From a virus (lineage: Duplodnaviria > Caudoviricetes), in the IMG/VR virus record IMGVR_UViG_3300037762_000578, positions 1 to 24,009 of that record: a stretch of DNA of 24,009 nt. The stretch is one strand, 5' to 3'. Position 1 is the first letter of the stretch. Every line of letters starts with the position of its first letter. The notes beneath the pieces were generated by a model that was given only the letters and a program-made list of their open reading frames with translations, ran no database searches and was not told the origin of the DNA. Shown one piece after another: positions 1 through 8,815 of the stretch. Both the position numbers and the translations under genes were made by a program.

Positions 1-564
1 ATGTCGGCGGCCACGCAACCGATCGCGGTGATCGCGAAGCTGCTCGATCTCTCGGAGCGCCGGGTGCAGCAGCTGAGCCGCGAGGGCGTGATCCCGAAGG
101 CGACGCGCGGCCAGTATGACCTGATCGGATCGGTGCGCGGCTATGTCCGCTATCTCCGCGACCAGGCGGCGCGGGCGCAGGCGGGCGCGCCGGACTACGC
201 CTCCGAGCGGGCCCGCTTCATCCGGGCGCGGGCCGATCTCGCCGAGATGGAGGCGGAACAGCGGCGTGGCGCGCTGATCGCCGCCGAGGATGTGGAGGCG
301 GCGTGGATCGCGGTCCTGGCGCTTCTGCGCACCCGGCTGCTGGCGCTGCCGGACCGGCTCGCGCCGCTCGCCTTTGAACAGTCAACCGTCGGAGACACCC
401 GGAACCTAATCCGCGCCGTCCTTCGCGAGGTGCTCGATGATCTCGCGGAGACCGATGTCCGATCCGAACCCGACACTGACCCTGACGGGATCGGCGATCC
501 TGCGGCGGACGGTGAGCCGGGCGCTGGCGGTGCTGCGGCCGCCGCCGGAGCTGACGATCAGTGA
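1..564 (+). CDS. Terminase small subunit (lambda Nu1-like)
   Basis: N-terminal HTH (IAKLLDLSERRVQQLSREGVIP), a coiled segment (ERARFIRARADLAEME), and overlap with the TerL start. Confidence 0.88.
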   Translation: MSAATQPIAVIAKLLDLSERRVQQLSREGVIPKATRGQYDLIGSVRGYVRYLRDQAARAQAGAPDYASERARFIRARADLAEMEAEQRRGALIAAEDVEAAWIAVLALLRTRLLALPDRLAPLAFEQSTVGDTRNLIRAVLREVLDDLAETDVRSEPDTDPDGIGDPAADGEPGAGGAAAAAGADDQ

Positions 565-1021
565 CTGGGCGGATGCCAACCGGCGGCTGAGCTCGGAGGC
601 CAGCGCCGAGCCCGGCCAGTGGCGCACTGCCCGCGCCGAATACCAGCGCGGGATCATGCAGGCGATCTCGGACGCCGGCACCGAGAGCGTGGTGATCATG
701 TCCTCGGCCCAGGTCGGCAAGGCGCTGGCGATCGATACACCGATCCCGACGCCGGAGGGCTGGACGACGATGGGCGCGCTGCAGCCCGGCGACGTCATCT
801 TCGACGAGACCGGCGCGCCGTGCCGGGTCACCGCCACCACCGGCGTGATGCTGGACCGTGCATGCTACCGGGTCCGGTTCTCGGACGGCAGCTCGATCGT
901 CGCCGATGCCGATCACCTTTGGTCGGTGCAGTCCGATACCGTGGTGCCCGGACACCGCCTGATGGGGGACCGCCTTGATGAAGACCCATCGGGCGGTTCT
1001 GACAACGAGGGAGATAGCTGA
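455..1021 (+). CDS. Terminase large subunit (gpA family), N-terminal part, plus N-terminal intein fragment
   Basis: gpA motifs PPPELTISDWADANRRL and PGQWRTARAEYQRGIM, then Walker A SSAQVGK followed by the intein start ALAIDTPIPTPEGW. GGAG at 447-450 favours ATG 455 over 437. Confidence 0.88.
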   Translation: MSDPNPTLTLTGSAILRRTVSRALAVLRPPPELTISDWADANRRLSSEASAEPGQWRTARAEYQRGIMQAISDAGTESVVIMSSAQVGKALAIDTPIPTPEGWTTMGALQPGDVIFDETGAPCRVTATTGVMLDRACYRVRFSDGSSIVADADHLWSVQSDTVVPGHRLMGDRLDEDPSGGSDNEGDS

Positions 1022-1955
1022 AACAGCGCATTGCCGTGGCACGAAACCGAGAAACCGGTACGCGATCCCGGTGGCCGGGTCGCTCGATCTTCCCGAGGCG
1101 GACCTGCCGATCCCGCCATACATGCTTGGCGTCTGGCTCGGCGATGGGCACAGCTACGGAACCCAGATCACCGCGCATCGCAGCGATCTGGAGATCGCGG
1201 ATCATCTGCGCGCTTGCGGTGTCGAGATCGCGGTCGAGCAGAAGGACAGAAGGTTCGCGGACGTTCTGTGCCTGACGCCGTCGTTGCCCTGGCCGGCCCA
1301 TGTTTGCCGCCGTGGTCACGACATGAATGTTCCGGGTCGCTATACGAAAGGCCAGTGCGCCGAATGCGCACGACAGGCGGCGATGAAGTGGAAGCACGAT
1401 CGTCCGCGCGATGCGGTCCGTCCCGGCGCGGTCTCGTTCTTTCGACGTCTCACCGCGATGGGACTGATCAAGTCGCGCAAGACCCCGGAGACCGGCAAGC
1501 ACATCCCGGCGATCTACCTGCGGGCGTCGAGGGACCAGCGCCTCGCCCTCCTGCAGGGGCTGATGGACACCGACGGGCATGTCGGCCGCAATGGCCGGTG
1601 CGAGTTCGTGACGATCTATCCGCGGCTGGCGGACGGGTTCGGCGAGCTGCTGGCGACGCTCGGCATCAAGTTCACCTCCGCCGAGCGACAGCCGATGGCG
1701 GTGATCGACGGCGAACGCCGCCCGGGCAAACCGGCGCGCCGGTTCTCGTTCATGATCTACGACGACACCCCGGTGTTCCGGCTGTCGCGCAAACGCGCGC
1801 GACAGGTGTCGCGAGACGGGCGGCGTACGACCGAGACGGAACGCCGCCGGATCGTCGCGGTAGAGTCAGTGCCGAGCGTGCCGGTGAAGTGCATCCAGGT
1901 CGACAGTCCGAACCGGCTCTACCTCGCCGGCCGGGCGATGATCCCGACCCACAAC
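722..1955 (+). mobile_element. Class 3 intein with LAGLIDADG homing endonuclease, interrupted by a frame break between 963 and 1021
   Basis: Block A starts with Ala (722). Block B DADHLW (Trp 920-922), block C PYMLGVWLGDG, block E LLQGLMDTDG, block F VKCIQV (Cys 1890-1892), block G IPTHN then +1 Thr (1956). Removing it restores AQVGK-TEMLNN. Confidence 0.92.
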
Positions 1956-3668
1956 ACCGAGATGCTCAACAATGCGGTCGGCTACCACATCGACCAGGAT
2001 CCGGCGCCGATCATGGTGGTGATGCCGACCGAGCGCGACGCCGAGACCTGGTCGAAGGACCGGTTCTCGCCGATGGCGCGCGACACACCGTGCCTGACCG
2101 GCAAGATCGCTGACCCCAGGTCGCGCGACGGCAACAACAAGATCCTGCACAAGCGGTTTCCGGGCGGACATCTGACGATTGTCGGCGCCAACGCACCCTC
2201 GGGGCTGGCGAGCCGGCCGATCCGGCTCCTGCTCTGCGACGAGGTCGACCGCTACCCGTTCAGCGCCGGCGCCGAGGGCGACCCGGTGAACCTGGCGAGG
2301 AAGCGGACGGTCACCTTCTGGAACCGCAAGATCGTGCTGGTCTCGACGCCGACCAACCGGGGCGCGAGCCGGATCGAGGCGGCCTGGGAGGAGAGCGACC
2401 AGCGCCAATTCCATGTGCCGTGCCCGGTGTGCGGCACCGAACAGGTGCTGACCTGGCCGCAGGTGCGCTGGGACAAGGACACCGACGGCACGCACCGGCC
2501 GGAGACCGCGCGCTACCACTGCGTGGACTGCGATGCGGGATGGCGTGACGAGACCCGCTGGGCGGCGGTCGGCCGGGGCCGCTGGATCGCCAACCGGCCC
2601 TTCGCCGGGATCGCGGGGTTCCACCTGAACGAGATCTACTCGCCCTGGGTGCGGCTCGAGGCGATGGTGCGGGCGTTCCTCTCGGCGCGCGCCGGCGGGG
2701 ACCAGGCGATGAAGACCTTCGTCAATACCTCGCTCGGCGAGAGCTGGGTCGAGACCGGCGACGCGCCGGACTGGCAGCGGCTGGCGGACCGGCGCGAGGA
2801 CTGGCCGGCGGGCACGGTCCCCGCGGGCGGTCTCTTCCTGACCGCCGGCGCCGACGTGCAGAAGGATCGCATCGAGGTCGACGTCTGGGCCTGGGGCCGC
2901 GGATTGGAAAGCTGGCTGATCGATCATCTGGTCCTTGAGGGCGGGCCCGGTGATCCGGCCTGCTGGCAGGCCCTGACGGACCTGCTCGGCCGGACATGGG
3001 CGCATGCCTGCGGCCAGCACATGACGCTGGCGCGGCTCGCGATCGACACCGGTTTCGAGACCAGCGCCGTCTATGCCTGGTCGCGGCAGGTCGGCTTCGC
3101 GCAGGTGGCGCCCGTCAAGGGTGTCGAGGGCTTCAACCGGGCGAGCCCGGTGACGGGGCCGACCTATGTCGATGCCACCATCGCCGGCAAGCGGCTCAGG
3201 CGTGGCGCGCGGCTCTGGACGGTGGCGACCTCGACCTTCAAGGCCGAGACCTACCGGTTCCTGCGGCAGGGTGAGGCGGAACCGTCGCCCCGGTGGGGCG
3301 GCGAAAGTCCGCCGAACGCCGACGCCGCCGTGTGCCCGCCCGGCACGATCCATCTGCCGGACTGGGCCGATGGCGAATGGCTGAAGCAGCTGACCGCCGA
3401 GCAGCTGGTGACGGTGCGCACGAAGCGCGGCTTCGCCCGGCTCGAATGGCAGAAGCTGCGCGAGCGCAACGAGGCGCTGGACTGCCGGGTCTACGCCCGC
3501 GCCGCCGCCTGGATCGCGGGCGCGGATCGCTGGCCGGAGGCGCGATGGCAGGAGTTGGAGCGGCAAATGGTTGTCGAGACGGAACCGCCGAAGAATGCCC
3601 TGCAGCCGGCATCCCGCAGGGCTGCGCCGGCGCGGCGGCGGTCGGTGCGATCGAGCTACATGGGGTGA
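975..3668 (+). CDS. C-terminal intein part (endonuclease and splicing blocks) plus terminase large subunit ATPase/nuclease
   Basis: After THN: TEMLNNAVGYHIDQDPAP, Walker B LLLCDEVDRY, VSTPT, CPVC/CVDC, nuclease LTAGADVQKDR and RNEALDCRVYA. Start is TTG 975 or ATG 978, preceded by GGGGGA. Confidence 0.9.
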   Translation: MMKTHRAVLTTREIAETAHCRGTKPRNRYAIPVAGSLDLPEADLPIPPYMLGVWLGDGHSYGTQITAHRSDLEIADHLRACGVEIAVEQKDRRFADVLCLTPSLPWPAHVCRRGHDMNVPGRYTKGQCAECARQAAMKWKHDRPRDAVRPGAVSFFRRLTAMGLIKSRKTPETGKHIPAIYLRASRDQRLALLQGLMDTDGHVGRNGRCEFVTIYPRLADGFGELLATLGIKFTSAERQPMAVIDGERRPGKPARRFSFMIYDDTPVFRLSRKRARQVSRDGRRTTETERRRIVAVESVPSVPVKCIQVDSPNRLYLAGRAMIPTHNTEMLNNAVGYHIDQDPAPIMVVMPTERDAETWSKDRFSPMARDTPCLTGKIADPRSRDGNNKILHKRFPGGHLTIVGANAPSGLASRPIRLLLCDEVDRYPFSAGAEGDPVNLARKRTVTFWNRKIVLVSTPTNRGASRIEAAWEESDQRQFHVPCPVCGTEQVLTWPQVRWDKDTDGTHRPETARYHCVDCDAGWRDETRWAAVGRGRWIANRPFAGIAGFHLNEIYSPWVRLEAMVRAFLSARAGGDQAMKTFVNTSLGESWVETGDAPDWQRLADRREDWPAGTVPAGGLFLTAGADVQKDRIEVDVWAWGRGLESWLIDHLVLEGGPGDPACWQALTDLLGRTWAHACGQHMTLARLAIDTGFETSAVYAWSRQVGFAQVAPVKGVEGFNRASPVTGPTYVDATIAGKRLRRGARLWTVATSTFKAETYRFLRQGEAEPSPRWGGESPPNADAAVCPPGTIHLPDWADGEWLKQLTAEQLVTVRTKRGFARLEWQKLRERNEALDCRVYARAAAWIAGADRWPEARWQELERQMVVETEPPKNALQPASRRAAPARRRSVRSSYMG
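3275..3319. repeat. Imperfect palindromic element within the TerL coding sequence
   Basis: Stem CGTCGCCCC-GGT-GGGGCGGCG (3283-3303) with outer GGCGGA...TCCGCC, followed by GAACGC. Confidence 0.55.
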
Positions 3669-3675
3669 GGGATGT

Positions 3676-4287
3676 TCAGTGCCACGGCCTCTTGCCGGTC
3701 CTGTGGCTCTTGAGCGGGCCGCGGCGCCGCGCCGCGAAATCCTCGAGGATCATGCGCACATGCCGCTCGTCGATGTCGACGGGATCGAAGGATCCGCCGC
3801 ACCATTCGAGCATGCGGTCGTGCTCCTCGTGGTGCGGATCGCCGATCGCTTCGAGGAATTCCTCGAACCCGGTCGTTCCGCCCACGTCCTCGGGCGGCGC
3901 GCGCCGGGCGCCGCCGACGAAGGCCGGGTATTCGATCTCGGCCTCGCCCTCGCGCATGTCCTCGATGGTGATGCGGTGCCGCCAGTTGTCGCCGAAGTCA
4001 TAGACGTAGAGGAACTGCCGGACCCCGCGATCGATCAGGGTCGCAAGCCGGATGCCCTTCGCCTTGAAGACCTTGCGCTCGTACATGACGTCATCGGGAT
4101 GTGGTTCGCCATAGACCCGCTCGCCGATCACGAATTCGAACAGGTGATAGTCCTGCCAACGCATCGCGACCTGAATGATGTCGTGCAGAGCGAACAAGGT
4201 CGCGGACAGCGGCACGTCGACGGCCCGCCAGACCGGAGGCTCGGTGCCGTCCAGCTCGATGCGGATGCGGGCGACGGGCTCGATCAT
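3676..4287 (-). CDS. Plasmid pRiA4b ORF-3 family protein (moron)
   Basis: Motifs PPVWRAVDVP, LHDIIQVAMRWQDYHLFEF, YVYDFGDNWRHRI and RRAPPEDVGG. Antisense to the late operon. Confidence 0.9.
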   Translation of the reverse strand: MIEPVARIRIELDGTEPPVWRAVDVPLSATLFALHDIIQVAMRWQDYHLFEFVIGERVYGEPHPDDVMYERKVFKAKGIRLATLIDRGVRQFLYVYDFGDNWRHRITIEDMREGEAEIEYPAFVGGARRAPPEDVGGTTGFEEFLEAIGDPHHEEHDRMLEWCGGSFDPVDIDERHVRMILEDFAARRRGPLKSHRTGKRPWH

Positions 4288-4340
4288 CGGCAGTCACATT
4301 CCTTCCGCGGCATGGCCGCCAACCTATCGGACAGACCGCC

Positions 4341-4556
4341 ATGGCGACAATCACCGAACTTCGCGCGCGTCGCGAGGCGCTGGCCGCGCAGCGGTCCTCG
4401 GGTGTCGCCCGGGTCAGCTACGACGGCAAGACGGTGGATTACCGCAGCGTCGCCGAGATCGACCGGGCCATCGAGGTGCTGGACCGCGAGATCGCGGCGG
4501 CCGAGGGGCGGCGGATCGTGCGCCAGGTCCGGGTGACGGCGGCGAAGGGGCTCTGA
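4341..4556 (+). CDS. Head-tail joining protein (gpW-like)
   Basis: 71 aa with VSYDGKTVDYRSVAEIDRAI, immediately before the portal. Confidence 0.85.
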   Translation: MATITELRARREALAAQRSSGVARVSYDGKTVDYRSVAEIDRAIEVLDREIAAAEGRRIVRQVRVTAAKGL

Positions 4557-4560
4557 CGCG

Positions 4561-6057
4561 ATGGGCCTTCTGGATCTGTTTCGCCGCCGGAACACGGGCG
4601 GTCCTGCCGCCATGCGCGCCCGGCTCGAGGGCGCGATGGCCAGGCGTCGGCTGCGGGGCTGGAACCCGCCGCTCGAGAACATCAACGCGCTGGTCGCCTC
4701 GGGTGGACCGCGGCTCCTGGCGCGGTCGCGGGAACTGGTGGTCACCAACGGCTACGCGGCCAATGCCTGCGAGGCCTTCGCCGCCAATCTCGTCGGCGAC
4801 GGCATCAAGCCCTCGTCGCTGATCGAGGATGGGCCGATCCGCGACCGGGTGCAGCGGCTCTGGCTCGCCTGGACCGACGAGGCGGACGCGGACGGGTTGA
4901 CCGACTTCTACGGCCTGCAGGCCATGGTGGCGCGGGAGATGTTCGTCGCCGGCGAATGCTTCGTGCGGCTGCGCCCGCGCCGGGCTGAGGATGGGCTCGC
5001 GGTCCCGCTACAGCTGCAGCTCCTGCAGTCGGAAATGCTGCCGTTCGAGAAGACGGAGGCGGCGGCGAACGGCAACCGCATCCGCTGCGGCATCGAGTTC
5101 GATGGCATCGGGCGGCGCGTGGCCTATCACTTCCGCCGGCGCCATCCGGGCGACAGCACCGACCGGGGCACGGTCATCCCGGAGACGGTGCGCGTTCCGG
5201 CCGCGGATGTGCTGCACGTCTATCGCCCCATCGACGCGGGCCAGATCCGGGGGCTGCCGCATATCGCGCCGGCGATGGTGCGGCTCTTTCTGCTCGACCA
5301 GTACGACGACGCCGAACTCGACCGGAAGAAGACCGCGGCGATGTTCGCGGGCTTCATCACCAAGACCGCGCCGGAAGAGCCGCTGCTGGGGGAGGCAGAA
5401 GCCGATCCCGACGGCGCGGCCATCGCCAGCCTCGAGCCGGGCACCATGCAGGTGCTGCTGCCCGGCGAGGACGTGAAGTTCTCGGCTCCGGCCGATGTCG
5501 GCGGCGGCTACGAGGCGTTCCAGTACCGCACGCTCTTGTCGATCGCGGCCTCGGTCGGGCTGCCCTATCACCTGGTGACCGGCGATGTGCGGCAGGCGAA
5601 CTATTCGAGCCTGCGCGCCGAGCTGGTCGAGTTCCGCCGCCGGATCGAACAGCTCCAGCACGGGGTCGTCGCGCATCAGCTCTGCCGCCCGGTCTGGGCG
5701 CGGTGGCTGGAGACGGCGGTGCTCGCGGGCGCGCTGGACCTGCCGGGCTATTCGTCAGCCCCGGGCCGCTACCGCGCGGTGCAGTGGATCCCGCCCCGAT
5801 GGGAGTGGGTCGATCCCTTGAAGGATATCCAGGCGCAGGTGCTGGCGATGGAGGCCGGCATCACCTCGCGTCGCAAGGTCGTCGAGGCCACCGGCTACGA
5901 CGTCGAGGAAGTCGACCGCGAGAACGCGGCCGACGCCGCGCGGGTGGCGGCCCTTGGCCTGCGCTACCGCACCAGCCCGGGCGAGACACACGGCGCGCGC
6001 GCGACCCCTTCAAGGCGGCCGGAGCCCGGCAGCGACGAGACATCTGAACAGGAGTGA
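4561..6057 (+). CDS. Phage portal protein, lambda family
   Basis: Motifs RSRELVVTNGYA, GQIRGLP, NYSSLRAELVEF and WVDPLKD; 498 aa; synteny. Confidence 0.95.
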   Translation: MGLLDLFRRRNTGGPAAMRARLEGAMARRRLRGWNPPLENINALVASGGPRLLARSRELVVTNGYAANACEAFAANLVGDGIKPSSLIEDGPIRDRVQRLWLAWTDEADADGLTDFYGLQAMVAREMFVAGECFVRLRPRRAEDGLAVPLQLQLLQSEMLPFEKTEAAANGNRIRCGIEFDGIGRRVAYHFRRRHPGDSTDRGTVIPETVRVPAADVLHVYRPIDAGQIRGLPHIAPAMVRLFLLDQYDDAELDRKKTAAMFAGFITKTAPEEPLLGEAEADPDGAAIASLEPGTMQVLLPGEDVKFSAPADVGGGYEAFQYRTLLSIAASVGLPYHLVTGDVRQANYSSLRAELVEFRRRIEQLQHGVVAHQLCRPVWARWLETAVLAGALDLPGYSSAPGRYRAVQWIPPRWEWVDPLKDIQAQVLAMEAGITSRRKVVEATGYDVEEVDRENAADAARVAALGLRYRTSPGETHGARATPSRRPEPGSDETSEQE

Positions 6058-6061
6058 CAGC

Positions 6062-7084
6062 ATGGCCAGCTGGTATGCAATCCGCGCCCGGGGGACCGGC
6101 GCGGAAGTGGTGATCTATGACGAGATCGGCGCCCATGGCGTCTCGGCCAAGGGGTTCCTGGCCGAGCTCGGCGCCCTGCCCGAAGGGACGCCCATCGACC
6201 TGCGGCTCAACAGCCCGGGCGGGTCGGTCTTCGACGCGGTCGCGATCCACAACGCGATCAGGCGCCACGAGGGCACCGTCACGGTCTGGATCGACGGCAT
6301 CGCCGCCTCGGCCGCATCCTACGTCGCCATGGCGGGCGACGAGATCGTCATGCCGGAGAACGCCTTCCTGATGATCCACGACCCCGCCGGGCTGGTGATG
6401 GGCACGGCCGCCGACATGCGCGCCATGGCCGAGGCGCTGGACAAGGTGGGTGACAGCCTCGCTGCCGGCTACGCCGCGAAATCCGGCCGTCCGGGCGACG
6501 AAATCGCCGCCCTGATGGCCGCCGAGACCTGGCTCGACGCGACCGAGGCGCTGGCCCTCGGCTTCGCCGACCGGCTGGCGGAGCCGGTGCGGATCGCGGC
6601 CAGCTTCGACATCGGGCGGTTCCGCAATGCGCCGCCTGCTCTGGCAGCGATCGTCGCGGCGGAGGCGGGCGATGATGGCGCTGACGAGCCGGATCAGGAA
6701 GCCGAGACCGGTGCCGCCGCCGAAGGCGACGCGGACACGGAAGGCAGTGCCGACGCGCCAGATGCGGACGGTGATGCCGACCTTGCCCTCTCCGAAGCCA
6801 GTCTTCCGCCCGCCGATCCACCACCCGATCCCGTCGCGATCCGCGCGTCCGCCATCGCCCATGCCCGCGCCGTCGTCGATCTCTGCCGCCTCGCGGGCCA
6901 GCCGCGGATGGCGGGCCGGTTCCTCGAGGAGGACACCAGCCTCGACGCGGTGCGCGCGGCACTCCTCGCCGCCAGGGCCGAGGCCGAGCCCGAGATCGCC
7001 GCACATCACCCGCAACCGGGCCGACCCTCGGCTGCCCGTCCCTGGGGCGAGATCGTCGCCCGCACCTTCCGCCCGAAAGGATGA
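6062..7084 (+). CDS. ClpP-like head maturation protease with C-terminal scaffold region
   Basis: Motifs IYDEIG, LNSPGGSV, GIAASAAS, MIHDP and ETWLDA, then an acidic linker. GGAG precedes ATG 6062. Confidence 0.9.
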   Translation: MASWYAIRARGTGAEVVIYDEIGAHGVSAKGFLAELGALPEGTPIDLRLNSPGGSVFDAVAIHNAIRRHEGTVTVWIDGIAASAASYVAMAGDEIVMPENAFLMIHDPAGLVMGTAADMRAMAEALDKVGDSLAAGYAAKSGRPGDEIAALMAAETWLDATEALALGFADRLAEPVRIAASFDIGRFRNAPPALAAIVAAEAGDDGADEPDQEAETGAAAEGDADTEGSADAPDADGDADLALSEASLPPADPPPDPVAIRASAIAHARAVVDLCRLAGQPRMAGRFLEEDTSLDAVRAALLAARAEAEPEIAAHHPQPGRPSAARPWGEIVARTFRPKG

Positions 7085-7090
7085 TCTCCA

Positions 7091-7456
7091 ATGACCACGC
7101 TCACCGAATCCACCCATCCCGGCGGCTTCCTCGTCTGGGAGGCCTTCCGCGATTACACCCGCGAGACCATCACTGTCGCATCTGGCGCGCTGGATCCCGG
7201 CACGGTGCTGGGCAAGATCACCGCCTCGGGCAAGTACGCCGCCCACGATCCCGCCGCCATCGATGGCACCGAGACCGCCGTCGCCTTGCTCTGGGGCAAG
7301 GCCGACGCATCGGGCGGCGACGCGCCCGCCGTCGCGCTCATCCGTGGCCCCGCCATCGTCAACCGTCACGATCTCGTTTTTGCGGGAACCCCCAGCGAAG
7401 GCGAAATCGCCGCGGCGCATGCCGCACTGCTCGCCGCCGGCATCCTCGTCCGCTGA
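7091..7456 (+). CDS. Head decoration protein (gpD-like)
   Basis: 121 aa with GTVLGKITASGKY...DGTETAVALL, between protease and capsid. Confidence 0.85.
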   Translation: MTTLTESTHPGGFLVWEAFRDYTRETITVASGALDPGTVLGKITASGKYAAHDPAAIDGTETAVALLWGKADASGGDAPAVALIRGPAIVNRHDLVFAGTPSEGEIAAAHAALLAAGILVR

Positions 7457-7480
7457 CCCAACCCTGAAGGAGGCACGCAC

Positions 7481-8494
7481 ATGGCCACCATGGACATCTT
7501 CGAAGGCGATGCCTTCACCATCATCGAGCTGACCCGGGCGCTGGAGAACATCCCGTTCAAGCCCGCGATCCTGTCGGGCGCGGGTCTGTTCTCGCCGCGC
7601 GGCGTGCGCGCGCGCACCGTGGTGATCGAGAGCCGCGATGGCACCCTGTCGCTGATCCCGTTCTCGGAGCGCGGCTCTCCTCACGAGAGCCAGGTGCCCG
7701 AACGGCGCGAGATGCGCGCCTTCGTCTGCCGCCAGTTCAAGAAGCAGGACGTGCTCTGGGCCTCCGAGATTCAGGGCATCCGCGATTTCGGGTCGGAAAG
7801 TGCCACGAGCCAGATCCAGAGCGAGGTCGCGCGCAAGCTCGGCCGTCTGCGCCAGGACGCCGAGGCCACCTTCGAGTACCACCTCCTGAACGGCATCCAG
7901 GGCCGCGTGCTCGATCCGAAGGACGGCGCGACGGTCGTGAACTACTTCACCGAGTTCGGCATCGCGCCCAGCCCCGAGATCGATTTCGACCTCGACAATG
8001 CGACCCCGGCCTCGGGTGCGCTCCGCAAGCGCTGCCAGGCGCTGATCGAGGACGTCGAGGCCTCGATGGGCGGGCTCGCGGCCGGTGCGATCCAGGTCCG
8101 CGCCGAATGCGGCTCGGCCTTCTTCGCCGATCTGGTCGCCCACAAGGAGGTGCGGGAGACCTTTCTCAACACCGCCGCCGCCGCCGATCTGCGCGGGCGC
8201 GTGGCCGACGAGGTCAGCTTCGGCGGCATCACCTTCCGCCGCTACCGGGGCGGCGCGGGCTTCGGCGTGCCGACCGACAAGGCCTTCTTCTACCCCGAGG
8301 GCATCGAGGGGCTCTTCGAGATCTACCACGCCCCGGCCGATACCTTCGAGACGGTGAACACGCTGGGCTTGGCCCTCTACGCCCGCACCATCCCGGATCG
8401 GGATCGCGACGAATGGGTGCGGCTCGAGATCGAGTCGAACCCGCTGCCGATCTGCACCCGCCCGCAGGTGCTGCGCTCGGCGCGGCGGACGTGA
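7481..8494 (+). CDS. Major capsid protein (lambda gpE-like)
   Basis: 337 aa with APADTFETVNTLG and ESNPLPICTRP; strong AAGGAGG RBS. Confidence 0.93.
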   Translation: MATMDIFEGDAFTIIELTRALENIPFKPAILSGAGLFSPRGVRARTVVIESRDGTLSLIPFSERGSPHESQVPERREMRAFVCRQFKKQDVLWASEIQGIRDFGSESATSQIQSEVARKLGRLRQDAEATFEYHLLNGIQGRVLDPKDGATVVNYFTEFGIAPSPEIDFDLDNATPASGALRKRCQALIEDVEASMGGLAAGAIQVRAECGSAFFADLVAHKEVRETFLNTAAAADLRGRVADEVSFGGITFRRYRGGAGFGVPTDKAFFYPEGIEGLFEIYHAPADTFETVNTLGLALYARTIPDRDRDEWVRLEIESNPLPICTRPQVLRSARRT

Positions 8495-8805
8495 TGAGCG
8501 CCTTCGCCAGCGCGATCGACGCGCTCTTCGCCGATCCGAACATCGCCCGCGACGCGATCTACACGCCCGCGGCCGGGATCCCGTTCCCGGTCCGGGTGAT
8601 CGCGCGGCGGGGCGATCTGGTCTCGGAGTTCGCCGAGCGCCGCGTCGCCGCGGCCACGGTGGTGCTGGATCTGCGCCTGAGCGAGGTGCCGGACCCGCGG
8701 GCGGGCGACCGGATCGAGCTTGGGGGCGAGGTGCTCGCCGTCCAGGGCGCGCCGATCCGCGACAGCGAACGGCTGATCTGGACCCTCGACACCCGGCCGG
8801 CATGA
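8494..8805 (+). CDS. Head-tail joining/head closure protein
   Basis: TGATG coupling to the capsid gene; MSAFASAIDALFADPN...PRAGDRIELGGE...WTLD. Confidence 0.8.
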   Translation: MSAFASAIDALFADPNIARDAIYTPAAGIPFPVRVIARRGDLVSEFAERRVAAATVVLDLRLSEVPDPRAGDRIELGGEVLAVQGAPIRDSERLIWTLDTRPA

Positions 8806-8815
8806 GGAGGCCGAT

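Noticed and set aside
964-979. prfB-like +1 frameshift cassette (GGGGG...CTT)
   Set aside because: There is no in-frame stop after CTT, and the spacing differs from the prfB signal.
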